Assembly (NCBI GenBank): GCA_021851875.1
Contig: JAJZQI010000007.1
Coordinates: 27,800 to 91,799 of the forward strand
Direction: 5' to 3'
Source of the DNA: Pseudomonadota bacterium
GTDB taxonomy: Bacteria; Pseudomonadota; Gammaproteobacteria; Burkholderiales; JAJZQI01
DNA length: 64,000 bases
Numbering within the stretch: the first letter of the stretch is position 1; each line of letters starts with the position of its first letter. Positions 1 through 9,079 of this stretch are shown piece after piece. Position numbers and translations under genes: made by a program. Under the pieces are notes generated by a model. The model did no database searches. It saw nothing but the letters and a program-made list of their open reading frames with translations, and was not told the DNA's origin.

Positions 1-1252
1 CTGCGCGTTCAAGCAGCAGCATGGCAATCAGCGACAGTCCGAGCAGCGGCAATAAGATACCCAGCGATACGATGAGCAGCACCATGGCGCCTGCCAGCTG
101 CGGTGGGGTGGCGGCCGGCGCGCCCAGCGTGCCGGGGCGTCGCCGACGCCACCACATGACTGCGGCGCCGACAGAGACCAGCACCAGACCGGCCGCCGTG
201 AGCACGCCGAGCAACTGATTGAGCCAGCCGAACAACTGGCCCTCGTGTGCGGCCACGCCGATACCGATGATGCGGTCGAGCAGGGGACGCTGGGAGAAGT
301 CGGTACGTTTGAGCACGTCGCCGTTGGCCGGATCGAGCTGCAAGGTGGTGCGCAGCGGGCGGTTTTGCGCGTCGGAGCGGGCGGTCCATTGCGGCGAACG
401 GTGCGACGGCGGGGCGAGCAATACCGGCTCCGCCAGATTGAGCGGCGCAACACGCGGCGCCAGGCGGTCGAGCGGGCTGTAATCGGCAAGGGCGGATGGC
501 CGACTCTGCCCGTGATCATGCATGGCGGGTGTGTTGGCAGTACGCCGTTCGGCCAGTTCGGACGAGCGGCCAGTGGTCCAGTCTTGTTGCAGCGGGGCGG
601 ATAGGTTGATCTGTCTTACAGCCTTGAGCATGCCGCCCCAGGATTTGGCCCAGGGCAGACCGGACAGCAGCAGAAACAGGGCAAAGAAGGAAATCCAGAA
701 GCCGGTCACGGCATGCAGGTCGCGCCAGAACAGCCGTTCGCCTCCCTGCAGGCGCGGGTAGAGGATACCGGCCAGACGCCGCTGGCGCGGCCACCACAGA
801 TACAGACCGGTCAGCAGCAGCACAATGGTCCACGAGGCGGCCAGTTCGACCAGCATGGAACCGCGGTCGCCCAGCAGCAGTTCGCCATGCAGGTGGAACA
901 GCACCCGCATCAGCCGGCTGTCTTCGGCCACCGTAGCAAGTACCTGCAAATTGTCCGGTCGGACATAGACGCGATAGAGTCTGTCGCTCTGGCCGACCAG
1001 CACGCGCACGGCCGATTGGGGCGTGGCTGGCAGCTGGTAGGCGTTGAGCACGCTGCCGGGTACGGCGGCCAGCGCCGCCGCCACCTGCTGGCTGGGCTGG
1101 GTGCGCGCTCCGGTGAGCTGCAAATGGTCGAACGAGCGCTCCTGCCAGGCCTCGATTTGCGGTTTGAACAGATAGACGGCGCCGGTGATGGACAGCAGCA
1201 GCACAAAGGGAATGGCGAACAGACCGGCATAGAAATGCCAGCGCCATAGCAT
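1..1252 (-). CDS. PepSY-associated TM-helix membrane protein (PiuB-like); 3' end lies beyond the window edge
   Basis: Not in the ORF track because there is no in-window stop. Manual minus-strand translation from ATG 1252-1250 stays open to position 1: MLWRWHFYAGLFAIPFVLLLSITGAVYLFKPQIEAWQERSF...RDLHAVTGFWISFFALFLLLSGLPWAKSWGG...GIGVAAHEGQLFGWLNQLLGVLTAAGLVLVSV. This is the typical PepSY-TM signature. The gene starts 31 nt downstream of the TonB receptor stop. Confidence 0.8.
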   Translation of the reverse strand, partial: MLWRWHFYAGLFAIPFVLLLSITGAVYLFKPQIEAWQERSFDHLQLTGARTQPSQQVAAALAAVPGSVLNAYQLPATPQSAVRVLVGQSDRLYRVYVRPDNLQVLATVAEDSRLMRVLFHLHGELLLGDRGSMLVELAASWTIVLLLTGLYLWWPRQRRLAGILYPRLQGGERLFWRDLHAVTGFWISFFALFLLLSGLPWAKSWGGMLKAVRQINLSAPLQQDWTTGRSSELAERRTANTPAMHDHGQSRPSALADYSPLDRLAPRVAPLNLAEPVLLAPPSHRSPQWTARSDAQNRPLRTTLQLDPANGDVLKRTDFSQRPLLDRIIGIGVAAHEGQLFGWLNQLLGVLTAAGLVLVSVGAAVMWWRRRRPGTLGAPAATPPQLAGAMVLLIVSLGILLPLLGLSLIAMLLLERA

Positions 1253-1283
1253 CCGGTAGCTGGCAAGCCCGCTTGAGCGTATC

Positions 1284-3560
1284 TCAGTAGTCATAGTTCA
1301 GGCTGACGAAATAGGTGCGCTGCGGCCAGGGGTGGTAGACATAGGCTTTCTGGTTGCCGATGTTGTCGATGCCGCCCGAGAGGCGCCATTGCCTGTCCAG
1401 CCGGTAGACGATCTTGGCGTCGGCGAGCAGATAATTACTGGCGCCGCCGTAGGTGTCCGGGTTGATGTCGGCGTTGCCGAGCACAACATGCTGCCGGCCG
1501 CTGTAGCGGAGGCCCAGCGAATAGGATAAATCACCAGAGGCGCGCCAGGTGGTCAGCAAGGTGGCGCGCCAGTCCGGCAGACGGGGTTGCCAGGTGCCCA
1601 CGTAGGCCGGATTTTGCGTATCGGCCAGGATGATCGAGCGGGTGTAGGTGAGGCTGCCGCGTAGATCAAGGCCGTTGAGGCCGACATTTTGCAGCTCGAA
1701 GGCGGTTTCGACACCGTGTGTGCGGATCCGGTCGATGTTCTGGATGCTGGTGAGCGTCGGCGTGACCGTTGTATCGGTCTGCGAATACAGCGCATCGCGC
1801 TTGTTTTCCTGGAACAGGGAAACCCGCCACATGCCATGGTCGACGGCACGCTCATAGCTCAGCTCGGCGGAGACGACTTGCTGCGGCTTCAGATTGGGGT
1901 TGTTCTGCAGGTTGTTGGAGGTGCCGCGGATGGACTGGAACAGCTCGGTCACGGTGGGGAAACGATAGGCTTTGCCGAGAGAGGCGCGCACGAGGCTGGT
2001 GGGCGTGTTCTGCCAGGACAGCGACAATTTGGGCGAGAAGGTTGTGCGGCTGCGGTCGGCATAGCTTTGGGTGGCCGTGGCGCTGCTGTTGGAGCCGTCC
2101 AGCGCCTGCCAGTATTCGCTGCGGCCACCGTACACCAGTTTCCACTGCGGCGCCAGTTTCCAGGCGTCTTCCAGGTACAGCGCCTGGGTGCGGGTGGTGC
2201 CGTTGGAGGCGCCGGTTACAGATACTGGGCTGCCGGCCAGCCAGTCGGTCGTTGCATAGGCGGTGCTGCTCAGGTGGTACTGGTCGCGATGGTAGCCCAG
2301 GCTGACCCGGTGGCGGCGCGTGCCGTCCGGCCGCCAGATGCCGCGCAGATCCAGCGTGTTCCAGCCGGTGCCCTGCATGTCGGTCAGCTGGCCGGATGTG
2401 GGCGTGCCGTCAAGGCCGGAATTCGTGCCGCTGTTGTATGCTGTGCGCGAAATATCGCGATTGTAGTCGTAACGGCTGAATACCGCTTCCCAGTCCCAGC
2501 TGCCGCGCGTATCCGAGCGCAGGCTGAGTCCCTGCATCAGGTGTTCGCTTTCAGCGTGTCCGGGGCTCAGGCCGGCGACGGTGTACTTGTTGCCGTCAAG
2601 CGATACGGTGCCGTTGTAATAGGTGTTGCCGGCCGTATCGCGCAGGTAGCTGTCTACACGGGTATCGGAGGTGACCTGCCACAAGCCGAAAGTGTACGTT
2701 GCACGCAGGACGGGGGTGATGTCGTAAGCCAGTTTCAGGCGGGCGTTGTCCTGCACGCTGTGGTCGATGCTGTAGCCACCGAAAACGACGCGGCGGTTGC
2801 CGTTCTGGTCGGTGTCGTAATAGGCGCCGCTGACCACGGGGTTGCCGCCGCCGGCTGTGCCGCTTTGCGCGGCAGTGGAGAAGCTCATCGGCTGGCCCAC
2901 CGTATCCAGATGGTCGGCACCGAGCCAGTAGGACCAGGGGCCGCTACGGCTGCCGATGGAGGCGCTGGTGTGGCTGCCGCCGTAGTTTTGCTGCGTGCCA
3001 TAGAGCGAGAAGGGCTGCCGGATCAGCTGCACACCGGCATGCGCTTCGAATTTGTCCGGCAGCCGGGTCGTCAGCAGCAGCACGCCGCCTTCCGAGTTGC
3101 CCGGGTACAGCGCCGAGAAAGGGCCGTACAGCATGTCCGCCTGTTCAACGGACTCGGGCGACACCATGCCCCAGCGCGGCGGGTAGGCGTAGCTGTTGCC
3201 CAGCAGGTTGGACAGCTGCACGCCGTCGGCGTAGACCAGCGAGCCGGCACTGGAAAGCGTGCCGGTCGTGCGGGTGGAGAGAATGCCGTTGCGATCGCCG
3301 ATATAGCGTTCGCGTACCACGATACTCGGCAGGTATTTCACTGTTTCCGCCGAGGTAACGGCGTTTACGCTGGTGCTGATCTGTTCGGCGGTGACGCTTT
3401 CGCTGGTGACGGATTGGTTGACCGGCTCGCTCGGCAGACTTTCGGCCTGCACGTTGATGGGCGCCAGTTCGATGATGTCATCGGCTGGCGCGGCGTGAGC
3501 CAGTGACAGCGGGGCAAGTGTGGCAAGCAGTGTGAGAGGCAGGCGGTTTTTGCTGTTCAT
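1284..3560 (-). CDS. TonB-dependent outer-membrane receptor
   Basis: 758-aa ORF. Signal peptide ...LAPLSLAHA/AP. Plug-region motifs AETVKYLPSIVVRERYIGDRNGILSTRT and VYADGVQLSN. A long Gly/Tyr/Asp-rich beta-barrel ends in YFVSLNYDY. Confidence 0.9.
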   Translation of the reverse strand: MNSKNRLPLTLLATLAPLSLAHAAPADDIIELAPINVQAESLPSEPVNQSVTSESVTAEQISTSVNAVTSAETVKYLPSIVVRERYIGDRNGILSTRTTGTLSSAGSLVYADGVQLSNLLGNSYAYPPRWGMVSPESVEQADMLYGPFSALYPGNSEGGVLLLTTRLPDKFEAHAGVQLIRQPFSLYGTQQNYGGSHTSASIGSRSGPWSYWLGADHLDTVGQPMSFSTAAQSGTAGGGNPVVSGAYYDTDQNGNRRVVFGGYSIDHSVQDNARLKLAYDITPVLRATYTFGLWQVTSDTRVDSYLRDTAGNTYYNGTVSLDGNKYTVAGLSPGHAESEHLMQGLSLRSDTRGSWDWEAVFSRYDYNRDISRTAYNSGTNSGLDGTPTSGQLTDMQGTGWNTLDLRGIWRPDGTRRHRVSLGYHRDQYHLSSTAYATTDWLAGSPVSVTGASNGTTRTQALYLEDAWKLAPQWKLVYGGRSEYWQALDGSNSSATATQSYADRSRTTFSPKLSLSWQNTPTSLVRASLGKAYRFPTVTELFQSIRGTSNNLQNNPNLKPQQVVSAELSYERAVDHGMWRVSLFQENKRDALYSQTDTTVTPTLTSIQNIDRIRTHGVETAFELQNVGLNGLDLRGSLTYTRSIILADTQNPAYVGTWQPRLPDWRATLLTTWRASGDLSYSLGLRYSGRQHVVLGNADINPDTYGGASNYLLADAKIVYRLDRQWRLSGGIDNIGNQKAYVYHPWPQRTYFVSLNYDY

Positions 3561-3620
3561 GTAAGACGCTCGCTAACGAATTAGCGTCGCATCTTACCGC
3601 CAGGGAAATGCCGGCGGAAT

Positions 3621-3662
3621 GTGACATATTGTCGCAGTAGCGAGACGGCAACAACATGTCAC
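3621..3662. promoter_or_regulatory. Imperfect palindrome upstream of the TonB receptor gene (candidate operator)
   Basis: GTGACATATTGT (3621-3632) and ACAACATGTCAC (3651-3662) are inverted repeats with 11/12 matches. They are flanked by direct CAGGGAA repeats and lie 60-100 nt upstream of the receptor start. No regulator can be assigned. Confidence 0.2.
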
Positions 3663-3692
3663 AGGGAAGATAGCGGGGCGGCGGAACGGGGC

Positions 3693-4193
3693 TCAGGCGC
3701 CGAATTCGATGCGTTCCTGCAAGGACTGAACAGCTTTCCTGGCGCAGACCTCATCCTTGTCGCCGCCCGGTGCGCCGCTGATGCCGATGGCGCCAATTCG
3801 CTGACCGTTGGCTTCAACCAGCACGCCGCCTTGCATCATGATCAGCCCGCCGATGTTGTCCAGTTCCATGCGCAGATCGGCGCGGTTTTTCACCACGCTG
3901 CCGGAATCCGCGCCGCCCATGATACTGAGATTGGCTTTGCGCTCGGCGATTTCCAGGGTAAAACGCGGCGCCAGATCGTCGCGCAGTTCGGCCCGCACGA
4001 TGGCATTGCGATCCACCACCACGGCGCTCACCTGGTAGCCGTCGGCGCGGCAGGCCAGCACGGCGGCGTTGGCCAGGTCGCGCGCCAGTTCCATGCCGAT
4101 ATTGGTGTTGCTGATGGTGTCGGCGGCATGGGCGGCCGGTGCCAAGGCCAGCAAAGCGGAGATAAGGGAAAAGGCGGTGTGTTTGCGCAGCAT
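3693..4193 (-). CDS. Secreted GlcG/HbpS-like (DUF336) haem-binding-family protein
   Basis: 166 aa. Signal peptide MLRKHTAFSLISALLALAPAAHA. DUF336 core visible in ...GQRIGAIGISGAPGGDKDEVCA... Confidence 0.75.
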   Translation of the reverse strand: MLRKHTAFSLISALLALAPAAHAADTISNTNIGMELARDLANAAVLACRADGYQVSAVVVDRNAIVRAELRDDLAPRFTLEIAERKANLSIMGGADSGSVVKNRADLRMELDNIGGLIMMQGGVLVEANGQRIGAIGISGAPGGDKDEVCARKAVQSLQERIEFGA

Positions 4194-4296
4194 GGTCCGG
4201 TATCCTTGGGATAGTTATACGGAATTAAAACGAATTAATTCTGGACTGCCGTCGACAAATTGTAAATGCGAAAACGCAGGCCGGGTTTGGCGGGCG

Positions 4297-5046
4297 CTAG
4301 CCGAAAAATCCCAGCTTTTGCGACAGCTCTTTAGCCGCTTTCTGCATCCATTCCACCCACTCATCCTTGCGCCGTTCGCGCGGGGCCGAAATGGACAGGC
4401 CGGCGACGGCTTTGCCGCTGCCATCACGCACCAGTACGCCAATGCAGCCCACGCCCAATTCGGCTTCTTCGTCGTCATAGGCGAAGCCCTGCTTCTTCGC
4501 CTGTTGCGCCGCGTTGAACAGGGCCAGCGGTTCGGTGATGGTGTTGGCGGTATAGGCCGGCAGGTGGGTGCGGCGGGCGTAGTCGAGGCAGGCCTCGGCC
4601 GTATCTTCGCCCAGCATCAGTTTGCCCACGGCGGTGACGTGCAGCGGGGCGCGGCTGCCGATGACCTGCTCCACCCGCATGAGGCGGTTGGAGGTGACGC
4701 GTTCGACGTAGATCACCTCGTCGTTTTCGCGCACGGTGAGATTGACCGTTTCGCCGGTGGCGTCGCGCAGGGCGGCCATGATAGGCAGGGCTTCCTGGCG
4801 CAGGTCGATTTCCTGTCCCGCCTGCGCCGCGTAGCGCAACAGACCGCTGCCGAGCTGATAGGCGCCGTTGGCGTCGCGTGCCACCCAGCCGTGCTGCTGC
4901 AGCGAGGCGAGAATGCGAAACGCGGTGGAACTGTGCAGCCCGGTATCGGCCGCCAGCACTTTCAGGCTGGCATGGCCGTGCTGCGCCAGGCTTTCCAGCA
5001 GGGTGACCATGCGGTCGATAACTTGGATGGAGGTTTCTGTGCTCAT
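4297..5046 (-). CDS. IclR-family transcriptional regulator
   Basis: 249 aa. N-terminal wHTH (VIDRMVTLLESLAQHGHASLKVLAADTGLHSSTAFRILASLQ) plus an IclR effector domain (...ELGVGCIGVLVRD...GLSISAP). Divergent from the operon starting at 5490. Confidence 0.9.
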   Translation of the reverse strand: MSTETSIQVIDRMVTLLESLAQHGHASLKVLAADTGLHSSTAFRILASLQQHGWVARDANGAYQLGSGLLRYAAQAGQEIDLRQEALPIMAALRDATGETVNLTVRENDEVIYVERVTSNRLMRVEQVIGSRAPLHVTAVGKLMLGEDTAEACLDYARRTHLPAYTANTITEPLALFNAAQQAKKQGFAYDDEEAELGVGCIGVLVRDGSGKAVAGLSISAPRERRKDEWVEWMQKAAKELSQKLGFFG

Positions 5047-5089
5047 GGTATTAACGTCGCTCTGTCATAGCCTGGGTCTGAATTTGTCT

Positions 5090-5325
5090 CGTTGTTCAGC
5101 GTTTCTTGGCCGGGGGCGCCCGGCAGCGCGGTACTTTCTTTTGCTTCGCCAAAAGAAAGTACCCAAAGAAAAGGCGACCCTGAATTTGTCGACTTCCCCT
5201 CGTGGCTGAATTTCTGGCGGGTGGCGAGTAAACTCGCCCTGGCGGGGCACGAACAGTACTCGCCGCAAGCCCCCGCCAGAAATCCAGCCGCTCGGCGACA
5301 AATAAAAGGGGACCCAAAAGACAAA
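5090..5325. repeat. Composite palindromic REP/MITE-like intergenic element
   Basis: Perfect 13-bp hairpin GGTACTTTCTTTT-N8-AAAAGAAAGTACC (5130-5163). A second long imperfect inverted repeat is ATTTGTCG...GGCTGAATTTCTGGCGGG (5184-5221) versus CCCGCCAGAAATCCAGCC...CGACAAAT (5271-5302). Non-coding in every frame. Confidence 0.55.
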
Positions 5326-5382
5326 CCCCTGGTTCAGTCGCTACGTTTGCTGAATGTCCTGACTACCATGCTACATCATTTC

Positions 5383-5415
5383 GTATTGTGAAATCAATTC
5401 TGTATTGCGAAATAC
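5383..5415. promoter_or_regulatory. Candidate IclR operator (two related sites)
   Basis: GTATTGTGAAATC (5383-5395) and the near-palindrome GTATTGCGAAATAC (5402-5415, 12/14 self-complementary) are spaced 19 bp apart. They lie in the iclR / ketolase divergent intergenic region. Confidence 0.3.
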
Positions 5416-5489
5416 CAAGTAATTTGGTAAGGTATTTCCATCGCGCTAAATTTAGGCGCAACACACTCACACTATTCAGGAGCAGCATC

Positions 5490-7679
5490 ATGAACGCACC
5501 CGCATTCTGTCAGGGCATTCAGCATTACGGCGAGAAGTGGCCGGATTTCGACACCAAGGCAGCCAAGGCGCTTATCGCCGAAGGCCAGAGCGCCATCGCC
5601 GAAGTCAGCGACGAAGCCGCCTACCAGACCCTGCTGGGTGCGGACGCACTGCGTTACCTGACGCTGCAGGTGACCGGCTCCAAAGGCTCCGGCCACCCGG
5701 GCGGTTTTGCCTCCAGCGCCGAGGCGCACGCCTCCCTGATCATGCTGGGCCACACCAATATCGTGACCGAGGTGGGCCACCATGCGCCGGGCTTCTACTC
5801 TTCCATGTTCCTCGATTCCTCGCTGGAAGAAATGGGCATCAACACCATGGACGACATGATGAAGCGTTTCCGTGAGAAGCACGGTCTGCTGGGTCACCTG
5901 TCCGGCGCCATTCCCGGTCTGCTGGCTCCGGCCGGTCCGCTGGGTCAGGGCCAGCACTTCGCCATGGCCGGCGCGCTGCTGCATCCGGGCAAACTGTTCC
6001 CGGTAACCATCGGCGACGGCGGCATGGGCGAGCCGTACGTGCTGAACAGCATGATGCACTTCAATACCGCCTACCCGAGCATCACCAACTTCCTGCCGGT
6101 ACTGGTATGGAACGGTTACTCGCAGGAACACCACTCCATGGTGTCGCGCATGAGCAATGACGAGATGATCGCCTACTGGAAAGGCCACGGCTTCAAGGAA
6201 GTGGTGCTGGTAGACGCCAAGGAATTCGACGACAGCAAGCAGAGCGGTGCTTATGTCGACAGTACCCACTTCTCGCACGGCCAGCGCCTGGCGTTTGCCA
6301 AGGCCGTACTGCAGGGTGTGGACAAGGCGGCGCGTTCCGCACTGGGCGGCACGCTGACGGCATTCATCATCAAGCAGCTGAAGGGTTCCGGCGTACACAC
6401 CGTGGGCGCTAAGTCGCACAACCTGTACCCGAAGGACACGCTCGACCAGCCGCACATCATCGAAGGCCTGAAGCGCCGCGCCCTGCCGCCCGAAGCCTGG
6501 CAGATCGTTCGCGACAACTTCTCGCGCGCCGGTGGCGGCCCCGCTGTGAAGACCGCGGTAACCGAGACCGAACTGGATATTGTGGCCATGCCGAAACTGG
6601 CGATGGAAGAGTTCAAGCCGACCGACAAGGCGGTACCGGCCACCGCCATGGGTGCGCTGGTTGCGCAGATGGGCAAGGCCGATGCGCGTTTCGTGGTGAC
6701 CAATGCTGACGGTAATGAAGCTTCGGCCATGAAGAACATCAACGATGCGCTGAAAATCCGTCACCCAACCGTGGATCCGCTGTACAACCAGGAACCCAAC
6801 GGTCAGGTATACGAGCCGCTGAACGAAGACGCCTGTGCGGGTCTGGCGGCGGGTCTGGCGCTGTTCGGCTCCCGTTCGCTGTGGCTGTCGTACGAATCGT
6901 TCGCCATCAACGGCTGGCCGATCATCCAGACGGTGACCCAGGCCATGGCCGAACTGCGCCGCAAGACACCGTCCATCGTGTGCATGTTCACGGCCGGGGC
7001 GCTGGAGCAGGGCCGTAACGGCTGGACCCACCAGCGCCCGGAAATCGAGAACTTCTTTGCCGCCATGATGCGTAACGGCAACGTGTTCCCGTTGTTCCCA
7101 TGCGATGCGAACTCGATCCAGACCGTGTATGAGTACGCCACCAGCAGCGTGAACAAGGGCATGGTCATCATCGCCTCCAAGAGCCCGTTGCCGGTATACA
7201 TGAGCCTGGCTGAATCGAAGCAGGCGGTTGAGAGGGGGGCGGCGACGATTTACCAGAGCGCCGGCGGTGATAAAGGCACGGTGGTGTTCGCCGCCACCGG
7301 CGACATGGTGCTGCTGCCGGTATTTGCCGCCAAGGACAAGCTGGAAGCTGAGGGCTATTCGGTACGCATCGTTGCCGTAGTGAACCCGCGTGCGTTGTAT
7401 CGCCCGACCGACGTGGCCTGGGATACCGTATCGCAGCCGGACAATGCGTTCATGGACGACGACCATTTCAATGCGCTGTTCGACGGCGATGCGCTGATCG
7501 CGGTGAGCGGCGGTCCGAGCGCTTCGCTGGAGCCGGTTCTGTTGCGCACCCGCGCGCCGAAACGTGATACTTTCTGCTGGAAACGCGGCGAAACCACCGC
7601 TTCGGCCGACGAGATCATGGAATTCAACGGTATCACCGCCGATGCCATGACCGCACGTGCCAAAGCGCTGCTGAAGTAA
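5490..7679 (+). CDS. ThDP-dependent transketolase/phosphoketolase-superfamily enzyme (729 aa), exact activity unknown
   Basis: Track ORF 5388-7679 trimmed to ATG 5490 (AGGAG 8 nt upstream). Transketolase-like SGHPGG motif. The ThDP/Mg motif GDGGMGEP...VLVWNGYSQ resembles the phosphoketolase GDGE...LNGYKI block. Confidence 0.8.
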   Translation: MNAPAFCQGIQHYGEKWPDFDTKAAKALIAEGQSAIAEVSDEAAYQTLLGADALRYLTLQVTGSKGSGHPGGFASSAEAHASLIMLGHTNIVTEVGHHAPGFYSSMFLDSSLEEMGINTMDDMMKRFREKHGLLGHLSGAIPGLLAPAGPLGQGQHFAMAGALLHPGKLFPVTIGDGGMGEPYVLNSMMHFNTAYPSITNFLPVLVWNGYSQEHHSMVSRMSNDEMIAYWKGHGFKEVVLVDAKEFDDSKQSGAYVDSTHFSHGQRLAFAKAVLQGVDKAARSALGGTLTAFIIKQLKGSGVHTVGAKSHNLYPKDTLDQPHIIEGLKRRALPPEAWQIVRDNFSRAGGGPAVKTAVTETELDIVAMPKLAMEEFKPTDKAVPATAMGALVAQMGKADARFVVTNADGNEASAMKNINDALKIRHPTVDPLYNQEPNGQVYEPLNEDACAGLAAGLALFGSRSLWLSYESFAINGWPIIQTVTQAMAELRRKTPSIVCMFTAGALEQGRNGWTHQRPEIENFFAAMMRNGNVFPLFPCDANSIQTVYEYATSSVNKGMVIIASKSPLPVYMSLAESKQAVERGAATIYQSAGGDKGTVVFAATGDMVLLPVFAAKDKLEAEGYSVRIVAVVNPRALYRPTDVAWDTVSQPDNAFMDDDHFNALFDGDALIAVSGGPSASLEPVLLRTRAPKRDTFCWKRGETTASADEIMEFNGITADAMTARAKALLK

Positions 7680-7750
7680 ATTTCCGCTCGGGGGCTGCCT
7701 GCCCGCAGGTGGCCTCCTGATCGGGTTATAGGCAAGAAACGGAAAAGGCC

Positions 7751-9079
7751 ATGAGCCAGCAAACCAAGATTATTGTGTTGGACGACGACCCGACCGGGTC
7801 GCAGACGGTACACGGCTGCCTGCTGCTGACCCGCTGGGATGTGCCGACCCTGGTCGGTGCCCTGCAGGACGCGTCGCCGCTGTTTTTCGTGCTGACCAAT
7901 ACCCGCGGCATGTCGGCCGCGCGTGCCGAGGCGGTCACCCGCGAGGTGTGCGCCAACGTGCGTGTGGCACTGGATCTGGAGAAAGCCGCTGGCCGCTCGA
8001 TCAATCCGATTCTGGTGAGCCGTTCGGATTCCACCCTGCGCGGTCACTATCCGGTGGAAACCGATGTGATCGCCGAGGAACTCGGGCCGTTCGACGCGCA
8101 TTTTCTGGTGCCGGCATTTTTTGAGGGCGGCCGGGTAACGCGCGGCAGCATCCATTATCTGATGGTCAACGGCGAGCCGGTGCCGGTGCATGAAACCGAA
8201 TTCGCCCGCGATTCGGTGTTCGGCTACCGTCACAGCCATCTGCCCGACTACGTGGCGGAAAAAACCCGCGGCCGCATTGCCGCCGAACAGGTGGAACGCT
8301 TCACCCTGACAGACGTGCGCGGCGATATTTCCGCCCGTCTGCTGGCGCTGAAAGACAATGTGTGCGGCGTGGTGGATGCCGAGCAGCAGTCCGACCTGGA
8401 CCGTTTTGCCGCGCAGATTCAGACCGCGGCCGCCACCGGCAAGCGTTTTCTGTTCCGCAGCGCGGCCAGCTTGCTGACTTCGCTGGCGCAACTCGGTCCG
8501 CAGCCGGTGGCGCCGGAGCAGATGGCTGCCTACGTGCGCGGCGGGCGTGCCGGCGCGGTTATTGTCGGTTCGCACGTGAAGAAAACCACTGCGCAGTTGG
8601 CGGAGTTGCTTAAACAGCCGGGCGTAGTTGGGCTGGAAGTCGATGTCGAACGCATCGGCCCCGCTCGCGACGCCCTGCTGGAGGAAGTCCGTCTGGCGGC
8701 CGAGGCGGTTCATGCACGCAACGAGACGCCGGCGGTGTATACCACCCGGGTGGAGAAAACCTTTGCCGACCAGGCCACTCGCCTGGCCTTCGGCGAACAG
8801 GTGTCGGCATTTCTGATGGACGTGGTGAGCAACCTGCCGGTGAGCATCGGTTTTCTTATCAGCAAGGGCGGCATTACCTCCAACGACGTGCTGAGCGACG
8901 GTCTGGCACTGCGCACTTCGCGTGTGGTGGGGCAGATCCTTGCCGGGTGCTCGGTGGTGCGCTGTCCGGATTACCACCCGCGCTATCCCGACCTGCCGGT
9001 GGTGATCTTCCCCGGCAACGTGGGTGACGAGCACGCGCTGGCCACCGTATACAACCGACTGCGCGGGAACGCCGGCTGA
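7751..9079 (+). CDS. Four-carbon acid-sugar kinase family protein (DUF1537)
   Basis: 442 aa. N-terminus KIIVLDDDPTGSQTVHG is the hallmark of DUF1537 kinases. The stop overlaps the glcD ATG by 1 nt (TGATG). Confidence 0.85.
   Translation: MSQQTKIIVLDDDPTGSQTVHGCLLLTRWDVPTLVGALQDASPLFFVLTNTRGMSAARAEAVTREVCANVRVALDLEKAAGRSINPILVSRSDSTLRGHYPVETDVIAEELGPFDAHFLVPAFFEGGRVTRGSIHYLMVNGEPVPVHETEFARDSVFGYRHSHLPDYVAEKTRGRIAAEQVERFTLTDVRGDISARLLALKDNVCGVVDAEQQSDLDRFAAQIQTAAATGKRFLFRSAASLLTSLAQLGPQPVAPEQMAAYVRGGRAGAVIVGSHVKKTTAQLAELLKQPGVVGLEVDVERIGPARDALLEEVRLAAEAVHARNETPAVYTTRVEKTFADQATRLAFGEQVSAFLMDVVSNLPVSIGFLISKGGITSNDVLSDGLALRTSRVVGQILAGCSVVRCPDYHPRYPDLPVVIFPGNVGDEHALATVYNRLRGNAG

Noticed and set aside
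3561-3692. Fur box or cobalamin-type riboswitch upstream of the TonB-dependent receptor.
   Set aside because: There is no good match to the 19-bp Fur consensus and no B12-box-like element. Only a generic palindrome and a small hairpin over the RBS are present.
5472-7466. 664-aa antisense ORF opposite the ThDP enzyme gene. The same applies to 8983-10581(-), 14790-16103(-), 16100-17224(-), 17283-19640(-), 19641-20699(-), 21427-22482(-), 42770-44467(-), 44738-45802(-) and 58455-60797(-).
   Set aside because: Their translations are Arg/Gly/Ala/His-rich and low in complexity, with no motifs. Each lies opposite a gene with clear family signatures. This is the typical stop-codon-poor antisense frame of high-GC DNA.
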